Shown here: piece by piece, positions 17,809-27,223 of the stretch | Layout: each line of letters opens with the position of its first letter | Position numbering within the stretch: position 1 is the first letter of the stretch | Virus record (IMG/VR): IMGVR_UViG_3300025655_000022 | Span: 1-64,000 of that record | Strand: one strand, 5' to 3' | Source: a virus | DNA: 64,000 nt | Translations under genes and position numbers: made by a program | The notes under the pieces: model-generated | The model's input: only the letters and a program-made list of their open reading frames with translations | Databases searched by the model: none | Told to the model about the DNA's origin: nothing

Positions 17809-18890
17809 TAATGTTTTCCTATTGCTATAATTTGTCTTTCAACAAAATCTGGATCGCTCCAGTGATAATCATATTCAGCATACGCATCTGATGTACGAAT
17901 ACTGTAAACATCTAAGTACTTATAGAGTGTATTCCATATAAGTTGATAATCTGTTGTACTAAATGATTTTTGTAAATCTACCTGCCCAACCTGCGGGTGC
18001 CCGATTGTTAAACTTTTATCTTCTGGATCAAACCCATTTATAATTAACCATTCTTTAAAATCAGATAATTTCTTTTGCATAAAATCAAAATGACTTGGAT
18101 CTCTTGCCCATTCGATATCAAAATCGCCTGCTGCTAATGTTTGACTACGTAGAGTCGTTGATACTAATTCATTGATTCGCGAATCTCTACCTTCATCATT
18201 AAAAACTTCCCAGTGATGTTTGCCTACTGCTTTGTTAACTCCGACAAAAACACCTCCTAATGGCCTTCCGATAGTTTCAATACCAAACAATTCGTAATCC
18301 TCATCAGTAAGTTCAAATTTTGGAGCATTAATCCAACACATAAGTTGGCTAGGTCGCATCCATTCAGGCATATGATGTTTCTTACCGTAACTCAATGCCC
18401 ATGATTCAAATTCATGACATAATAAATTAGTTTGTCTGATGTACCATTTTTGTTCTGGTGTTGCATTTATTGCATGTTTCGATGGATTTTGTGTAGTTCC
18501 TTCGAGTTCTTCAAAATATAAATGCAAGTGATTAAAATGATCATGGTTAACTACAATGCGATCTTGTCCATCAATATTTGATGGCTCGATCGCTAAGGAG
18601 TTTTCAAGAGTAAAATGATCGTTAATTGTATAATCAATTGGGCTATTGTTAATATAATCAATAACCTTATTAATTTCATCGATTAAAACTTGTCCCGAAC
18701 GAGCACCATCTGCAAATCCAAAAAAGCAATAATTCTTTTCTAAATGCAAATTACGATTAAGTATATCGTTAAGTGCAGTAAGCCATTTACGCGACAAACT
18801 ATTATCGTATATATCAAAATAAACAGAATGTAGATCTCCAGTTGCATAGTTACGCAACCGCATTTCTATTTTATCTAAAATATTGTTCAT
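17808..18890 (-). CDS. hypothetical protein, possible metalloenzyme
   Basis: 360 aa; His/Glu motifs NHLHLYFE, CHEFE, GKHHWE. Confidence 0.8.
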   Translation of the reverse strand: MNNILDKIEMRLRNYATGDLHSVYFDIYDNSLSRKWLTALNDILNRNLHLEKNYCFFGFADGARSGQVLIDEINKVIDYINNSPIDYTINDHFTLENSLAIEPSNIDGQDRIVVNHDHFNHLHLYFEELEGTTQNPSKHAINATPEQKWYIRQTNLLCHEFESWALSYGKKHHMPEWMRPSQLMCWINAPKFELTDEDYELFGIETIGRPLGGVFVGVNKAVGKHHWEVFNDEGRDSRINELVSTTLRSQTLAAGDFDIEWARDPSHFDFMQKKLSDFKEWLIINGFDPEDKSLTIGHPQVGQVDLQKSFSTTDYQLIWNTLYKYLDVYSIRTSDAYAEYDYHWSDPDFVERQIIAIGKH

Positions 18891-19815
18891 TGTTTATTTT
18901 TTTTATTAGTAAATTTGCCCAAGATCTATGTTGTTTTGGTCCTGGGTGACTATTATCTGTGCCTAGATCGAGCCATGTTGACATATTAATTTTTTCCATT
19001 ATGTATTCATCAATATTTGGCAGCATTGATAGTATCCTATCTGCCTGTTGTATTACTAAAATAATAACATTAACGCCTAACTTTTTGCAAATATTAAGAA
19101 CACATTCGATACTTGTTACATTTCTATACATAATAGTTTCTATATCTTGCGATCTATATTTCTTATGATCTATTATTCTTCCTTTCTCGTCATCCCAAAA
19201 TGGATTCCTATATTCATGAGGAAGTCCCCATATAAGTAAATCTCCTTTTCTAATGTCCGATCTTAAAATTTGTTCGGCACTCCATTCGATACTCATTCCC
19301 CTCCTAGCCAAATAACTAACAGGTATATTAAAATGTTCTTGCACTAAATTACCATATCTTTCTTTATCGGTGACTCCATCGCCAGCGGATATACTACACC
19401 CTGCTACCCAAATTTGAGGAGTATCTATTTTGCGAAAATCTTCTAATTTATTATATTTGTTATTGTTTGTTAAATTTAAATTTTGAACGGTATGATATAC
19501 ATTATTAATATTAACAAGAATAGTTTCAGTGAAGTATTGTTGACCAAAAATATAATTTAATTTTTCATTTTCGTCATTCCATTTTTCCGGAGGATAATAA
19601 AAGATTTTATCTGCTTTTAATAGTATGTCATACAATACTATTTGATGCGATGTTGCATCTGGTAAATCTGCCAATGATGTATAAATCGTGGCAGATTTAC
19701 AATTCAATAGAAAATCTTTATAATTATCATAATTTACTAGATAACTAGATTGATCATATTCTTTTGCTTTATCCGCTAAATATTGACCATTGTCACCTAC
19801 AAGCACAGTAATCAT
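18871..19815 (-). CDS. SGNH/GDSL-like protein (GCS variant) with N-terminal extension
   Basis: WVAGCSISAG block I and DNSHPG (DxxH) block V; visibly AT-rich. Confidence 0.55.
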   Translation of the reverse strand: MITVLVGDNGQYLADKAKEYDQSSYLVNYDNYKDFLLNCKSATIYTSLADLPDATSHQIVLYDILLKADKIFYYPPEKWNDENEKLNYIFGQQYFTETILVNINNVYHTVQNLNLTNNNKYNKLEDFRKIDTPQIWVAGCSISAGDGVTDKERYGNLVQEHFNIPVSYLARRGMSIEWSAEQILRSDIRKGDLLIWGLPHEYRNPFWDDEKGRIIDHKKYRSQDIETIMYRNVTSIECVLNICKKLGVNVIILVIQQADRILSMLPNIDEYIMEKINMSTWLDLGTDNSHPGPKQHRSWANLLIKKINNEQYFR

Positions 19816-21146
19816 TAATTTTTCACCTCAATTCTGTTCCACCACTCATATATTTCTAAATTCTGTTTTAATATTTCTGCCATTGTAATTGGTTGCGTTC
19901 TAATACTTTCTAGAGTTAAAATTCTTTCTTTGCCTCGACGCATACCATCTGCATATTCATCTGGCCATTGCTCTTCAAGCGTGGGCCTATTCAGTAGTTG
20001 TTCTAGAACATCAACTAACGGTTGTTGATGTTTATCGGCATGTGGTTTAATCCGTTCTAACACAGACGAAACATACGGTTCTAATATGTGTCTTGGCAAA
20101 GAAAGAGGACTCATTACAATGTCTGGACTAAACGCAAAAGTAACCTTAGCAAGTATCTGTGTATTTAATTCCTTCGATAGCCAAAACATATTTTCTACTT
20201 CAAAAAGTCCCGGTAAAGTTAGCGTGAAATCTAAACGCATTTGCCTGTCATTTGTTTGTATCGCTTGCGCATCTTTATAGTTTTGTAAAAACTGTTCCCA
20301 TTTTAATCCTGTGCGTATATATTCACCAACAGCACCAGTACCGTCTATACTCGCACAAATTTGCCAGTCTCGCAAATGTGCTAAAATATCTGTATATAGA
20401 TTTAACCCCTTGTAGTTAACCTGCGAAAGATTGGTATTGTATCTAGCATATACACGTAGACCATCACCTAATTCAATAACGCGACGCATATACTCCCAGT
20501 GTTCTTCAAACATCAATGGTTCACCGCCGACCCAATAAATTTCTTCTACACGATGCTCTTCGACTGCTGTTCTAAGTTCTTGATCAACTGCTACAGTTTG
20601 AAATCTTTGTATCTGCTTACGTACCGCAGGAAGCATCCAGTTGTTTTTTGGATTACTTTTATCCCACATATTATGTTTCTTTTCTTCTGCTTCCCAAGAA
20701 CTAGAAAGCATATCGCCGCACATACGACATTTAAAATTACATAAGTTTGAAAACCGATAATCCCAACTTACAGGTTTCATTGTTGTATAACCTGAATCGT
20801 CTGTGGTTTTCCATATTTGATCATATTTGTGATTAAACAAATGTTTAAAATAACTGCGGTATACATCTGTATTAAGAAGTTTATGATTACATACTTGGCA
20901 CTCTTCTGGTATATCGCCCAACATCATTTTAACACGCACATTACGCACGTGTTCTGAATTCCACCATTCATCTAGTGTTAGTGGATTATAATTTCCTGTT
21001 CCTGATTTGGTGTCAATGTACTGTGTAAAATTTTGCGCAGGTTCTCTGCTAGCGCAACAAAGACGACGTTCGCTTTGCGGCGATAGGTATGTGTGCGTCC
21101 AAGGCGCCATACACAAGAATTCTGGTTTGACTTCAGGCTTTTCCAA
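19815..21146 (-). CDS. radical SAM protein with N-terminal twitch-like domain
   Basis: CNFKCRMC, GGEP, YNTN; N-terminal CMAPW..LCC..CQVC. Confidence 0.92.
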   Translation of the reverse strand: MEKPEVKPEFLCMAPWTHTYLSPQSERRLCCASREPAQNFTQYIDTKSGTGNYNPLTLDEWWNSEHVRNVRVKMMLGDIPEECQVCNHKLLNTDVYRSYFKHLFNHKYDQIWKTTDDSGYTTMKPVSWDYRFSNLCNFKCRMCGDMLSSSWEAEEKKHNMWDKSNPKNNWMLPAVRKQIQRFQTVAVDQELRTAVEEHRVEEIYWVGGEPLMFEEHWEYMRRVIELGDGLRVYARYNTNLSQVNYKGLNLYTDILAHLRDWQICASIDGTGAVGEYIRTGLKWEQFLQNYKDAQAIQTNDRQMRLDFTLTLPGLFEVENMFWLSKELNTQILAKVTFAFSPDIVMSPLSLPRHILEPYVSSVLERIKPHADKHQQPLVDVLEQLLNRPTLEEQWPDEYADGMRRGKERILTLESIRTQPITMAEILKQNLEIYEWWNRIEVKN

Positions 21147-22725
21147 ATAAACACTCTGCTAATTCTGGCAAATAATCACGCATATTCTGTTCTCTACGTT
21201 TGTCCATACGCAAGATATCTTCGCGTAAAACATCTGAATCAGTGTCTTTGCTATTCATAAAGAAAGCAATATTTTTAAACTCTCGATAGTGTTTTGGATT
21301 TACTTCTGCTCTCAATAATCTTTCTGTAGCACGTAGTTTTGCTTCCTTGGACAAACTAGTTACGCAATACTGTGGGGCATCGTGTAACATATTCCAGTAT
21401 ACAAAATCAAATCCTTGTTCATCAATCCAATTAGCAAGTTCTTCTAAGTACATTACATTAAACACATTAACTGTAGAGCAAACTTGTAATGTTAAATTAT
21501 TACTGCGTTCACGCAGACGTTTGAATCTCTCTAAATTCTTTTCTAATGTACGCCACTCTGCTCCATATCGTTGGTATTCAAATCTTTCACGTAAGTCATC
21601 AATTGAAAACGCGACTTCAACGTGTTTAAACGGTTTCCAAATAGAATCATTTTTTGGATATAATGTTGTATTAGTGTTATAGTGTATTTCGATATTCTTT
21701 GCATAATCATTGTCGATTAAATATTGCAAAAAATCAAAATGTTCTTGAATCATAAACGGTTCGCCACCAGTAAATTCAATATATCGAATTCCTGAAGACA
21801 TATTATGTAACTCGTCCCAGAAGGTTAAACTTTTTCGTGGCCAATTTCCGCTGCGGTTTGCTTTATAAGGGAAACTATCCTTACGATCATTTAATGGAAG
21901 TTCTCTTAATTCTTCACCAGCATAGGTACTAGAACTCCAGGATCCACAAATACGGCACGCAAGGTTACAGATATTTCCTAATTTTAAATCCAAGAACATT
22001 AAATCTCTTGAGTCCGCTGTCCATTCTTTATCAGTTACAAACATATTTGACAATCGCAAAATAGTATTCATGCGTTTGCTAGTTCGATTTGATTTTTCTT
22101 CTTCCCAGCAATTATTACATTCAACGGGCTGAATTCCTTTAAGGAACGCCGAACGTAGTTGATTCATATATTCTGATTGATGAGCTGTTTTTAAACTATC
22201 CTTGTTCAGATCAAATTTAACACCATGATTGTTAACAATCTCGCCCTTAAACATACAACAGGGACGAATTGTACCAATTGGACTAGCTTCTAGACTAATC
22301 CAGGGCAAAACACAAAACTTACTATGTGGAAGATTCATTTTATCTACTTTACTTTGATCTGTGATCATTTTATCTTTAACCAACCTTGCCAATTTAATTA
22401 ATTCTTTTCCATTGAAATACTGCATCGGTTGCGGATCAAAACTAATATGTTCAGCAACCCAGGATATATCGTCTAAAACATTTTTGTCTTCCGAAACTAT
22501 TACAACAAAATCATTGCCAATATCAATATCATTTAATGCAAGTTGAATTTCTATTAACTTCTGTCTAGTTTGAGAAGCACTGACTACAAATACGATTCTT
22601 TCATTAGGGTTATACTGTTCTCTAAAAGAATTTTTACAAAACTCATTAATTTCCGTCACTGTGGTACTATCAAAAATTACAGTTGTATTAATAACTTCAA
22701 CTAATTCATTAAGTTGTTTAATCAT
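21133..22725 (-). CDS. radical SAM protein with twitch-like domain and an extra N-terminal domain
   Basis: CNLACRIC, GGEP, YNTN; CVLPW..PCC..CNNC; about 128 extra N-terminal residues. Confidence 0.92.
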   Translation of the reverse strand: MIKQLNELVEVINTTVIFDSTTVTEINEFCKNSFREQYNPNERIVFVVSASQTRQKLIEIQLALNDIDIGNDFVVIVSEDKNVLDDISWVAEHISFDPQPMQYFNGKELIKLARLVKDKMITDQSKVDKMNLPHSKFCVLPWISLEASPIGTIRPCCMFKGEIVNNHGVKFDLNKDSLKTAHQSEYMNQLRSAFLKGIQPVECNNCWEEEKSNRTSKRMNTILRLSNMFVTDKEWTADSRDLMFLDLKLGNICNLACRICGSWSSSTYAGEELRELPLNDRKDSFPYKANRSGNWPRKSLTFWDELHNMSSGIRYIEFTGGEPFMIQEHFDFLQYLIDNDYAKNIEIHYNTNTTLYPKNDSIWKPFKHVEVAFSIDDLRERFEYQRYGAEWRTLEKNLERFKRLRERSNNLTLQVCSTVNVFNVMYLEELANWIDEQGFDFVYWNMLHDAPQYCVTSLSKEAKLRATERLLRAEVNPKHYREFKNIAFFMNSKDTDSDVLREDILRMDKRREQNMRDYLPELAECLFGKA

Positions 22726-24008
22726 ATTTGTAATTCTTTTAATTCAGGTATATAATCTAACACATTTTCATTGCGAATGCTATCTAATTGGCGAGTCTTA
22801 TCCCAAAACTTTTGTAATAGTGCTGAGTTGTCATTGTTTAAAAAGTTAAGAGCAGAACGGTAACCAGTTGAAGCACGGGTTAAATAATCTTGCGGTTCAA
22901 GCCATTCTAAATGTCTGCTATATCTTTCTCGTATCGCGTCTTTGTATTCCGGGGTAGCAATATCAATTCTATAATGTGCTGGATCTTGTAAAATATTAAT
23001 ATTAAAGTCTTGCGGGTTAATCCACCCTTTTAAACACCAGTCTCTATGAAAGTCTGTAATATGTAATGCGTTAAAAATGCTTAATGTAGCACTAATGTAA
23101 AAATCAACATGCGGACATTCTTTGCGTAAGTCTTGAATATTTTGTTCGACATCTGCCCAGCGTGTGCCTGAACGAATATACTCTGCACGGGCACCCATTG
23201 CATCTAAACTTGCACCTACACTAACATTTGGAAAATGCTCCCACATATCAAATGCATGTTTGTCTCGTAGTTTTACTTGTGTAAAGTTTGTGTTATAAAT
23301 CAGTCGAACATCAGTACGTCCACGTTTAATAAGTTCTTCAAGTATAGCATAGTGTTCTTCCATCACAAGAGGCTCACCACCAGCAAAATAAATCTGTTCT
23401 ACATAATCAATATGTTCCAACACTTGCTCTAACAAGTCTGTTTCAAACTTGCCAGCATAGGTTAACTGTGGGTTATTCTCTTTATACTCTGGACCTGCTA
23501 GTGCAATTTGATCCTTGTACCATTGTGAACTAAAAATGTGGCCACAACTCCTACACTTGAGATTACACAAGTTACTGAAACGAACATCCCAATAGGTCAT
23601 CTTAAAATTGGCGTAGGCACCATCAGCGTCAGTTTCCGCTACACGCTTTATGTGCTGACCATGATGTTTGTTTGCTGACTTGCGACCACTAAAAAAGCCT
23701 GCCTCGTCTTGTTCATAACAACGAGTGCAGTATGAATTCTTTTGATTATTTAACATGTCCAAACGCAGTTTCTTTATGCGTTCGCTATTTGCTAGTTTGT
23801 TTAACGAGTCTTGTTTGGTAGTGCCCACACAACCTGCACTCATCTCTGCGTGACAACAAGGCCAAGTTTCGCCTGTAGGATATGTGTGCATGTGTATCCA
23901 CGGATAGATACAAAACGTTTCGCTGTCTCGCAGTAATTCTGTTTCTCGCTCTGTTAATTCATCTACCGAGATCTTAACAGGTTCCCAACTGTTATAATCA
24001 TAACTCAT
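22722..24008 (-). CDS. radical SAM protein with N-terminal twitch-like domain
   Basis: CNLKCRSC, GGEP, YNTN; CIYPW..PCC..CTRC. Confidence 0.92.
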   Translation of the reverse strand: MSYDYNSWEPVKISVDELTERETELLRDSETFCIYPWIHMHTYPTGETWPCCHAEMSAGCVGTTKQDSLNKLANSERIKKLRLDMLNNQKNSYCTRCYEQDEAGFFSGRKSANKHHGQHIKRVAETDADGAYANFKMTYWDVRFSNLCNLKCRSCGHIFSSQWYKDQIALAGPEYKENNPQLTYAGKFETDLLEQVLEHIDYVEQIYFAGGEPLVMEEHYAILEELIKRGRTDVRLIYNTNFTQVKLRDKHAFDMWEHFPNVSVGASLDAMGARAEYIRSGTRWADVEQNIQDLRKECPHVDFYISATLSIFNALHITDFHRDWCLKGWINPQDFNINILQDPAHYRIDIATPEYKDAIRERYSRHLEWLEPQDYLTRASTGYRSALNFLNNDNSALLQKFWDKTRQLDSIRNENVLDYIPELKELQI

Positions 24009-24756
24009 ATAAAATACCTTGATTTAGCAACACTTGGACTAGATATTCTGTTGTCCATTTGTAGTGTCCTTCAGCAGTAGGGTGGCCAGCCAGGTAACCA
24101 GCTGCCGATTTAGGATAGCAAAGGTTATGCATGTGTGCAACTTCATCAAGTGTTTGCATTCTGTTTATTAGAATCCATTTTGAGTAATCTAATTTTAAAT
24201 TTAACCTTTTTAGATGCTTGTTAAACTTAAATTTATTAGTAATAATGTCTGTGTCAAGTATTTGTGACAGTGTTGTAAATCGATAGGTATATTGGTTTAG
24301 TTCTAAATAGTTATAGAGATTTTGCATATTAATCCAATTTAACAGCACTTGCGTATTTTCACCTACTAAAGACCGGTAGGTATTACAAAAGTCTGTATCT
24401 GGACCAAAGTTGTCTCCGCCTAGTAAGAAATACTCGCTGTGTTCGTTGTACCTATATTCTGGATGCTGTTTTTCTATGGTGTACTTGTCTGACTCAACAA
24501 TAAGACTGGCGCGATCTAATCCGCTCCACATAACTAATACTAACGTATCTAACGGAGACATATTGTTAGCAGACAGATAATGCATTACGCTTCTAGATAT
24601 ATGCTCATTGGACTCGCTAGGCACTGCTAAGTTATGAATTTGCATGCCTGCGATATCAGCAAGCATATTTCCCCAAGATATACTTTCGTGATAATCGTTG
24701 GCCGTATAGCTACATCCGCTAACAACTAAGTGTTTGTACTTAGTCTTATAGTTCAT
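23998..24756 (-). CDS. SGNH/GDSL-like protein (GCS variant)
   Basis: VVSGCSYTA, NLAVPSESN, VMWSGLDR, GHPTAEGH. Start set at ATG 24756. Confidence 0.55.
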   Translation of the reverse strand: MNYKTKYKHLVVSGCSYTANDYHESISWGNMLADIAGMQIHNLAVPSESNEHISRSVMHYLSANNMSPLDTLVLVMWSGLDRASLIVESDKYTIEKQHPEYRYNEHSEYFLLGGDNFGPDTDFCNTYRSLVGENTQVLLNWINMQNLYNYLELNQYTYRFTTLSQILDTDIITNKFKFNKHLKRLNLKLDYSKWILINRMQTLDEVAHMHNLCYPKSAAGYLAGHPTAEGHYKWTTEYLVQVLLNQGILYEL

Positions 24757-26101
24757 TATACCATTCTCCAATGACAGGGAATGTTTCTGCCAGGTTTTTG
24801 CCGCGACGTTGATCATATTGTGCATAAAACTTTTTAAAGTCATTGTGCAGCGATGGCATATCAAACGTATCTGAGTGCGGAGTCTTAACAACATCTAAAT
24901 AATCAATTAGTCGTTGCACATGATTAATCTCATGTTCATGCAGTAGTAGATTTTTATATGCATGTTCTTCTAACCAAGTATCTAGTTTGTCTGCATAATC
25001 CATACGCAAATCATCTGGTAATACCAATGGCGATTGAAAACTTGGAAAACGTAATATGTTTAATGTAAACGAAGGATAATCCTGACCAAAACGTTTCTTT
25101 AAATCTAGCATCCAATCTAAAAACTCTGTTAATGATTCTAAGCATAATGCATTAATAGTACACATAACATGGAAACCGTCCACTTTGCCTTCGGTTAGAA
25201 CACGTTCAACATTGTGTTGCCATTGTTCCCAATTTAAACCATCGCGTATATATTCTGCGTGTGCTCCAATACTTTCGTTACTGGTATATAACTGGAAATT
25301 TTTGATGTTATGGCTTGCTTTAATTAGCTGATCAAGTTTAGCATCGTCGATTCCAAGATTACTGTTTAGAGCAAATTTCACCGGGCTTTCATTCTCAACA
25401 AACCAATCAATGAGTCGCATGGTGTGCGGGCTCATCATAGGTTCGCCTCCGGTTAAGCGTAGCTCTTGTAGAGTTTTGTGCAGATCTGATTCCCACCATT
25501 TAAAGAACGCTTCTACATACGGATTAGTTTCGTTTGGCTTATACAACTGTGCTGCATCGTGTGTGTGCGTAAAGTGTCCTCTACCATCGCTAACCAGTCC
25601 TTCATACGCACCGTGTTTCTTTAAATCTGTAACCCATTGCGTACTAAACGCAGGATTGCAATACGAACATGCAAACTGACAAGTTCTGTCAAACGCAATT
25701 TCTAATGTCTTTAAATCTACATCTTCATCTGGATTTAGCATATATGCTTCTACAAGATCCTGCTCAGAATAGATCACACTTTTATAAACACGGTCGCTAA
25801 TAGCGTCGCGGCCCATGTCTTCGATCTTCCAACAATACTCACATCCGGGCGGACGTTCTCCTACTTGCATTTGCGCACGATCTTGTTTCTTTTGTGGAGT
25901 ATTGTGTAATGCTTTTGGATTAGCAACAACATCCCCAACACTTACTAAATGTGCCGGCGGGTGGTGGCAACTTGTAGTCATGCCGGATCCTAGCCAAATA
26001 GTAGCATTATACCACTTAGCTGCACAAAAGCTCGGACTAAAACCATCGATATATCCTTTAACTTCTAAGTCTGTATTTCTATCCTTCTTTCTTAAGCCCA
26101 T
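24746..26101 (-). CDS. radical SAM protein with N-terminal twitch-like domain (HPP subfamily)
   Basis: CQFACSYC, TGGEP; N-terminal CAAKW..SCHHPP..CEYCW. Confidence 0.92.
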   Translation of the reverse strand: MGLRKKDRNTDLEVKGYIDGFSPSFCAAKWYNATIWLGSGMTTSCHHPPAHLVSVGDVVANPKALHNTPQKKQDRAQMQVGERPPGCEYCWKIEDMGRDAISDRVYKSVIYSEQDLVEAYMLNPDEDVDLKTLEIAFDRTCQFACSYCNPAFSTQWVTDLKKHGAYEGLVSDGRGHFTHTHDAAQLYKPNETNPYVEAFFKWWESDLHKTLQELRLTGGEPMMSPHTMRLIDWFVENESPVKFALNSNLGIDDAKLDQLIKASHNIKNFQLYTSNESIGAHAEYIRDGLNWEQWQHNVERVLTEGKVDGFHVMCTINALCLESLTEFLDWMLDLKKRFGQDYPSFTLNILRFPSFQSPLVLPDDLRMDYADKLDTWLEEHAYKNLLLHEHEINHVQRLIDYLDVVKTPHSDTFDMPSLHNDFKKFYAQYDQRRGKNLAETFPVIGEWYNEL

Positions 26102-26213
26102 ATGTTACTTAACCTACAATCGTTTTCAATAAATGTTTTATCTACATATTTCTCATCCACTGGCAGTGGATTTAACACATCAGATAACTTCGCTCTTTAA
26201 AATTTAACAACTT

Positions 26214-26387
26214 ATACCAGTCACTATTTTTAAATTATGAGTCAAACCAAGTCATGTTAATAACTAGATTTTGATTATTTGGAAACGCTTCGTCAACCTG
26301 CTGGCAACCATTGTTCCAGATCTCTTTCTCTGGTTTTGAATATTGATCTACAGATGATGGTGTTTGGCCTAATGTTATCGTACTCAT
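26214..26387 (-). pseudogene. truncated, nonsense-disrupted paralog of 27207..28262
   Basis: ATG 26387 (ATGA overlap). QVDEAFPNNQNLVINMTWFDS*FKNSDW aligns with QVEFNFPNERNLIVNITWLGPQFKNGIW; the TAA at 26235-26237 replaces Gln. Confidence 0.8.
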
Positions 26388-27061
26388 TGGATATACTTTT
26401 TATAATAAGTCTGATTATAATGCTGGTATTTTTCAATAAACTTTACGGCTTGGGTATTTAAATCAACAAAAAAGTTTTTATTTACAACGTCAACTAAACG
26501 TTTGTCAGATAGGCCAATAACTGTTGCAAAATCTATAACAACATCAAACTCTGTAGGATCTGTAGCTGTTACCCATTCTTTTACATAGTTTAAATTATGC
26601 AAAGATATCATTTCATTGGCAATTATTTCTGAATCTCGAATATTGGTTAGGCTGTATTCAGGCCAGTCATTTCCACGCAAGTTATTATATGCTGTCTCTG
26701 TCCACGACTCAGGATTTGAGTCAGCTTTAAAAGTTTTCTGTGCAGACACTAACAAAAAATCATCAGGTTTACAGTTGATCAATGTTACACACGATCCAGA
26801 ATAAAATTTTTCTATATCATTTCGGTTTGTAAAATGTGTAGTCCCAACTGTAAACTTTTTACTTTTATCTGACATCAAAAACGAAAAGTTGTTTCCTGAT
26901 TGCCATTTTCCAAAACCAATATCGTGGCAGTTTCCCTCGGGCGAAATGTAAACATTGTCTAAATCAAAACCTTGCAATCCAGATAATAGTACTAATTCTA
27001 AAAAAGTTCCTGATGCACCAGTCGGGTGATTTATTACATATTGTTGACTGTTATCTTGCAT
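26384..27061 (-). CDS. hypothetical protein (possible sulfotransferase/P-loop-like fold)
   Basis: 225 aa; N-terminal YVINHPTGASGTFL loop, TTHF, YNNLRGNDWP. The function call is weak. Confidence 0.7.
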   Translation of the reverse strand: MQDNSQQYVINHPTGASGTFLELVLLSGLQGFDLDNVYISPEGNCHDIGFGKWQSGNNFSFLMSDKSKKFTVGTTHFTNRNDIEKFYSGSCVTLINCKPDDFLLVSAQKTFKADSNPESWTETAYNNLRGNDWPEYSLTNIRDSEIIANEMISLHNLNYVKEWVTATDPTEFDVVIDFATVIGLSDKRLVDVVNKNFFVDLNTQAVKFIEKYQHYNQTYYKKYIQ

Positions 27062-27223
27062 AATACCTACACTCCCACCAGGTAATCATCTCTGGAAATG
27101 TTTCTGTAAAATTATATCCATGCCGCTTATTATATTCGTTAAAGAAAAACTCGTACTGAATTCATCGACCCATTGCTTAATTTCCAGGTCTGTTTCTCTA
27201 CCCGGTTTACGTAGTTTGCTCAT
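27051..27223 (-). pseudogene. fused remnant of two radical SAM genes (N-terminus of one, C-terminus of another)
   Basis: 27223-27146 MSKLRKPGRETDLEIKQWVDEFSTSF matches the N-terminus of 24746..26101. 27149-27051 FFNEYNKRHGYNFTETFPEMITWWECRYYAR* matches the C-terminus of 28259..29671. The two pieces are in different frames. Confidence 0.85.

Noticed and set aside
26235-26237. Stop-codon reassignment (alternative genetic code)
   Set aside because: TAA, TGA and TAG all end genes normally here, and a 13-kb ORF is open in code 11. This single TAA lies in a decayed fragment.
27141-27151. Programmed -1 frameshift joining the two radical SAM fragments
   Set aside because: There is no X XXY YYZ heptamer, and the product would be a ~58-aa chimera with no catalytic core. 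A deletion/recombination scar explains it better.
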